Of a stretch of DNA of 64,000 nucleotides, positions 53,850 through 64,000 are shown one piece after another; positions within the stretch are counted from its first letter, which is position 1, and each line of letters starts with the position of its first letter. A program made the translations under genes and the position numbers. Under the pieces are notes generated by a model that saw only the letters and a list, made by a program, of their open reading frames with translations, made no database searches and was not told where the DNA came from. Source of the DNA: Macrostomum lignano (lineage: Eukaryota); assembly GCA_002269645.1 (NCBI GenBank), contig NIVC01002344.1, positions 62,001 to 126,000 on the forward strand. The letters are read 5' to 3'.

Positions 53850-54200
53850 GCTCTACTTCTTTATCTTACCAAGCTACTTCTATGTCTACTTATCTACTTC
53901 TTTATCTTACCAAGCTACTTCTCTGTCTACTTATCTACTTCTTTATCTTACCAAGCTACTTCTCTGTCCACCTATCTACTGCTTTATATTACCAAGCTAC
54001 TTCTCTACTTAGAAGTACTTATCTACTTCTTTATCTACTCAGCCACTTCTCTATCTACCTAGCCACTTCTATGTCTACCTAGCCACTTTTCTATCTACCT
54101 AACCACTTCTCTGTCTAGCTATCTACTTCTTTATCTACCCAGCCACTTCTCTATCTACCTAGCCACTTTTCTATATACGTAGCTACGTATCTGTCGCCCT
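53850..54200. repeat. Degenerate CTACTT/ATCT-rich low-complexity repeat
   Basis: Recurrent CTACTTCTTTATCTTACCAAG and CTACCTAGCCACTT units. Confidence 0.75.
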
Positions 54201-55726
54201 AATTCTCCTGCTAAGTTTTTGCTTCTATATCTGCCACCTATCCAAATATATGTAGTTGGGTCTCTAGCAGATAAAAAGCCTAGAAAATGTGTTATCATCT
54301 GCTCAACTTGAGCATCAATCAATGCAGTAAAAATAAATAGTAATGCAGGTCATATGTATCAAAAGTAGATCCTCCGAACTTTTTTCCAAGCTGCTTTCTG
54401 CCGTTTTCTATCATCTGCTTCGCCTCTCTGCATGGCACGCCCCGTTGCTTTAGAGATCAGAAATCCTTCTATTCGACTTAATGCAATTAGTGCCTATATG
54501 TATGCCTATGCAGACCTAACTGACTGATTGATTGCATTACCTCTGCACGGCGAGGCACTTGTCCAGCGGCAGGTAGTTGAGTGTCTAATCTGGCGTTCTA
54601 GAGTCCCTCTATACCAGTGCATGTCTCTCTGTGTGCTCCTTTTTTCTTTAGCCTTATAGCCTTACTACAGTTGGCAGTCTTACACGAACAGTACTCAAAG
54701 CTAATTAACGTCCTATTGTAGCTTTTAAGTTGAAGCTTAAAAGCGTTGCAGACTTTATCAATTCGTATTTGATATTTCCCCTCTCTCATTTCTCCCAACC
54801 AACTCGCCACGTCTTCCCATTTTGTTCCCAGGGGGGTATTTTGTTTTAGTTCGCACTGCATGACTGAATGTATTAAAAAATCGGAAAAAGAGGAATGCTT
54901 CGTTCTTTATATTATCCTTAATGTACATGCGGCTCATGCACTATGCATGAGTCCAAGCTCTTACTTAATTCCTTGTGAATTCCGGCTTTTTAGTACTCGC
55001 GGTCGTGTGGGAGACGTTGATTTTTACGGAGGCTTAAAGGTTTTAAAAATTTACAAAGAATGATGTTTTAAAATCCATGCTTTATTATGCAGTTAATTTA
55101 ACATTTACTAAACTTGCGCAATTAAACAGATCGTGGTGAATTATTAAAGTTTGTAGATTTTTTTGTATTTTTTATGTTTTATGCACATCACAATAGCGAC
55201 AATACATCGATATTATATTAATAATATGTAGTAGCGCATCTGTACAAGAAAAAAAATAATAGTATCGTTTCTTTGGACAAACAAAATATCTCAAATATTG
55301 TTAAATAGTACAGCACAGTAAGTCTGATCGCATTTAAACAAAAAATCTTGGTATTTAATTTTACAGTTTGTTAAAACGCTAGTCGCATTGAAATGTTAGT
55401 TTTAAAGGTTAAAAACTGGAAAATACAACGAGATTCAAATTCAATTCAAATTCCGACAACATCGGCATCGACAACATCGACAATATCGGCTATATTAGCT
55501 AGTGCTAATTCGATTGCCCGAAGCTGTGGAGTATCAACAGTTCCGCGTATATCATAAGATAATTCGGACAGTGCAAGTACAACTCTCATGGGGACGACAC
55601 ATCGACTTGTACGAATCTCTTCTATAGAGCCATGAATACAGAATGACGAAATTTAACGGGAAAATCGAGATTTCTTGGTACGCATTAAAACAAGAGTTGT
55701 TGCTTTTCGTTGCATCGACGCTGCAG

Positions 55727-59917
<4,191 letters not shown>

Positions 59918-61431
59918 TCGCTATTTATACCAATTCAACTCTCGATTTCTAAATCAGTTTCCGGCTTTATGCAGACCGTCTCCCACTAGAACCAATGGCG
60001 TTTGCTGGGGCAATTTCTGCTTCTTTCTGTCTGCTATCAGTGGCTGCCCAATCAGCGATCGGATAAACGCTCTTAGTCTTCGCGCAATTCATTGAGTCTG
60101 ACTTGCCTTTACCTTAATGTGACACTTCGGAAATCAAATATTTCATGAATCCGCGTTTATTTTCAGTTTGAACCAGACACTGGGTATGTTACCCATAGCA
60201 CTGTCTCCTGATGAGAAGGTATAGGTTTATGCTCAGGCGTCAAGCAGAATATACTCAACAACATACATTCTAGTTCCGTATTGACTTTTGAGTGACGCAA
60301 ATAGCGCCACGCGACGCAGAGTTGGTTTTGGTGATGAGGGATCGGGAAAGGCGGAGGGCGAATATTGGATGAATTGAAGCTTCCGCACTGTTTTCATTGT
60401 TTTTTTCAAGGATTAATATCAAAATGGTTGGCTAGTTGATAGACGCTGGTTAAAAGACACTGCTCACTGGGGCAAAGGGGGCGAATTTTCAATGTTGCCG
60501 AGTAAAAATGCTTTCTCACTGACTACGGGTCAAGTATCTACAGCCCTCCTGTTGACAAATAGTCAAATTTTTGCGGAATTAATAATAAACATAACTATAA
60601 TTGGTTAAGACTAAAAGTGCGTAACTACTGGTGGCTTTCTAGAATGAAATGGACACCTATGTTTACTCACCATCCCTCAGTGACGCCAAAAAGTTTTTAA
60701 TGTCTACATCTCTATATCATTCTATCTTTCATCTGGGTCTATCTTTGGCAATGACCAACAGCTCTTGCGCTGTTGACAGGGGAATCAGATTTCCCCCTCC
60801 CCTCTGCCTGCCGTTCGCTCTCACTGTGTCTCCTTTTTCCTCTAAAACTCTCGGCTGCTCACCTACCGTGTTTGGTGGGGGAGGGTAGCCTGTATTTGTG
60901 TGCACTTGTGAGTCGGACTTGAGAGCTGCTGGTTATAGCGTACTACGTATATTTATATACATACATATGCCCTTCTTGCCCATACCATTTTTCTTTTTTC
61001 CCTACTATTTACCCTGGCCGAGTTCCTCTTCACTGTTCACTCTCGTTTCGGATGTGCGCCCTGCTCTCTGTCCATTTGTCCGGCCTATATCTCTGCCTAT
61101 ATCTGTGCCTATAGCACTGCCATACAAACGCGCATTTGGATGATGTTTTAAGTGCTTGCTCAAGCAAAGTGGAGCTGAAATATTGGAGGAGAGAGAGCGT
61201 GAGAGTGAGAGAAATTGAGACCAAAGGAGGGAGAAAGGCAGATATAAAGGATAAGCATTGGTGTGTCATTTGATTGAGAGAGTGGGTTTTTCTGCATTTA
61301 CGAGTGAATTTGCAAATGGCACTAGAAATATATTATTGGCATCTAACATAAATGCAGCGTAATGGAATACTTTTTAATTATTTGCGTGTAAACTAGACTT
61401 ACTCTAGTAAGTGAATTTAAAGCTATATACC

Positions 61432-61800
61432 TCGAAGTTGCTGGGCCAGCCTCCCAGACTGTCAGTTGCTGCGCCAGCCTCCCAGATCTCAATTGCTGGG
61501 CCAGCCTCCCAAAGTGTCAGTTGCTGGGCCAGCCTCCCAGATCTCAATTGCTGGGCCAGCCTCCCAGAGTATCAGTTGCTGGTCCAGCCTCCCAGATCCT
61601 CAGTTGCTGGGCCAGCCTCCCAGAGTATCAGTTGCTGGGCCAGCCTTCCATATCCTCAGTTGCTGGGCCAGCCTTCCATATCCTCAGTTGCTGGGCCAGC
61701 CTCCCAGATCCTAAATTGCTGGGCCAGCTTCCCAGATCCTCAGTTGCTGCACCAGCTTCCCAGATTTTCAGTTGCTGGGCCAGCCACCCTCTCAGTTTGC
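61432..61800. repeat. 28-bp minisatellite (GTTGCTGGGCCAGCCTCCCAGAGTATCA)n
   Basis: About 13 units. Confidence 0.93.
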
Positions 61801-62789
61801 AGAAATTTATATGCTACCTGGAGTGTACCATTTGTCAAAAATTTCCTGTTTTTGTAAAAGCCGCATAAAAAGCCAAATCAGAAACTTCCTGCTTTCAGTC
61901 TGATTGGCTGTTTAGTGGTGGGAGCCATTTCATTTTCTATAGTCTTCCTGTCTATTTCTCATTTTTGTGATGTGTTTCTATTTATGAGTCTGCACTCTTC
62001 ATTGCAATCTTTTCTGCTTTGATGGACCCGTTCTCGTATTGTCTAGAATGCCATTGACACTGTACGAGTGCCTTCCAGAAATAGGATTACTCAGTGTTAC
62101 TACTCATTTTTTGGCATCCACTGGCAGGTTTTCTATGCAGGTGTAATTAATTTAGCTGGCTGCTCCAGTTCACGCCGGTAATAAGCAATTTCTGATAATG
62201 GAAGCATATTCCGCTGGGTTGGGAATAAAAATGGCTGTACTCATGTTTTTTTGTTTTTGTGAAACCAGCGGCATCAATGCATTGCTTATCGAGTTTGTCT
62301 AGCCGGTTTGTCTGGCTTGATTAATTACTTTATCCACTCTCCCGGTATCAGTTCTTGCTGTCGCAGAGGTCTCTGATTAGTAAGAATGCTAACAGTCTTT
62401 TTCGGTTTGCTATTATAGATTTTTTGAACGCCTAATTGAAATCTTGTGTCTTCGCTTCGATAGAACGGCTACAATAAACTGTAGTTTGAGGCTGTCTTTA
62501 TCGAATTTCAAAGCAATATTGATTTAATCTGCACCTCGGGCTCTGTCAGATTTCTAAGTTATCTGGCCTCTTCGTTTTATTCCAAATCTGTTTGGTTGGA
62601 GAAAAAAGTGGTAGGATTAAATATTGTGAAACTGGAGCTTGTCTGAGAGCGTGATGCTGCATCAGCATCAATTTAATGCGATTTTCTAAGCTAAAAATAT
62701 GCCTGCATTCTATTAACATAGTGCTACTCGTATTTTATTCAATATTTTTATTTTCATGCTGCAAATTTCAAAGTGGAATATATCTTGAC

Positions 62790-63620
62790 AAAGTCTAGAG
62801 CTGCGGCTCCTGGAGGGATGTAAAAATTCTGGAGCTGCGGCTCATAAAGTGACACAAACGGTCTACAGCAGCGGCTCATAGAGTGACACAACAATCCTAA
62901 AGCAGGAGGTGGCTCATAGAGTGACACAACAAGCCTAAAGCAGTGAGTGGCTCATAGAGTGACACAACAAGCCTAAAGCAGGAGGTGGCTCATAGAGTGA
63001 CACAACAAGCCTAAAGCAGTGAGTGGCTCATAGAGTGACACAACAAGCCTAAAGCAGTGGGTGACTCATAGAGTGACACAACAAGCCTAAAGCAGTGAGT
63101 GGCTCATAGAGTGACACAACAAGCCTAAAGCAGTGGGTGACTCATAGAGTGACACAACAAGCCTAAAGCAGTGAGTGGCTCATAGAGTGACACAACAAGC
63201 CTAAAGCAGTGGGTGACTCATAGAGTGACACAACAAGCCTAAAGCAGTGAGTGGCTCATAGAGTGACACAACAAGCCTAAAGCAGTGGGTGACTCATAGA
63301 GTGACACAACAAGCCTAAAGCAGTGAGTGGCTCATAGAGTGACACAACAAGCCTAAAGCAGTGGGTGACTCATAGAGTGACACAACAAGCCTAAAGCAGT
63401 GAGTGGCTCATAGAGTGTCACAAAGTGTCTAGAGCTGCGGCTAATAGAGAGACATAAAAATCAAGTAACTGCGGCTCATTAAGTGACACAAAAAGCCTAG
63501 AGCAGCGGCTCATAGAGTGACACAAATAGTCTAGAGTAGTGGGTCATAGAGTGACACAAAAGGTCTAGAGCTGCGACTCATAGTGATACAAACGGTCTAG
63601 TCTCAAGCTGCGGCTCATAG
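62790..63620. repeat. 38-bp minisatellite (GGCTCATAGAGTGACACAACAAGCCTAAAGCAGTGAGT)n with a 76-bp alternating dimer core
   Basis: GAGTGGCTC and GGGTGACTC units alternate in the centre; the edges are degenerate. Confidence 0.95.
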
Positions 63621-64000
63621 GACTGTAATTTCTGAGATGGCTATTTATCCAAATTATACCGGTGTGTCCACAAGCGTATCTCATAAAGAGTGCATGAGCC
63701 AAGAAGGATAGACAGCTGTAATCTTCCCATCAAGCTGACTGTTATACCGATCTCTCTCTCTCCTCTCTCTCGTTACATAGCCCTCCCGTTTAAGCTCATT
63801 GCCCCAAGTAAGAAATCTTTAATCTGATTGCAACTAATAGTTTTAATCCCATTGATGTTACGCTTTGATGGCCTCTGGGCAATCAGAAGAATCTTGTGTT
63901 AACTGCAGCCACAAAACTCGTGCCAACATAGCAAAGCATGAAAATATATTAGCTAAAATACTTTTAGAAGATATTGTAAATGATGAGGAATGTCAGCATG

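Overview
Eukaryotic, intron-containing invertebrate-animal-like DNA (GT-AG introns, AT-rich intergenic DNA, one N gap at 20218-20290). No prokaryotic operons, CRISPR, rRNA or intact tRNA genes were seen. Gene models were built by hand from splice sites and phase compatibility. (1) Two tandem copies, about 7.46 kb apart, of a signal peptide-CAP/SCP-EGF-EGF-unknown Cys domain-Gly/Ser linker-hydrophobic tail gene; copy 2 has an in-frame TAG. (2) A 4.4-kb Ty3/Gypsy LTR retrotransposon with near-identical LTRs and lesions in RNase H. (3) An unrecognised 5-exon beta-propeller-like gene, head-to-head with (4) a DDX5/DDX17 (p68/Dbp2) DEAD-box helicase whose RS-rich first exon needs a -1 frameshift. 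(5) RPS2 with an intronless CDS, between two related minisatellite arrays. (6) Exons of an unknown + strand gene. (7) A two-exon class A peptide-receptor-like GPCR. The window also has four tRNA-headed CORE-like SINEs, a Tc1-derived foldback element, a probable Crypton recombinase remnant and about 20 tandem arrays. The most unusual theme is the minisatellites. Almost every intron has its own array, often abutting a splice site. Two arrays sit inside non-autonomous DNA transposons (hAT-like and CACTA/CMC-like), and one 11-bp core recurs outside its element. Most long ORFs in the supplied track are repeat artefacts.
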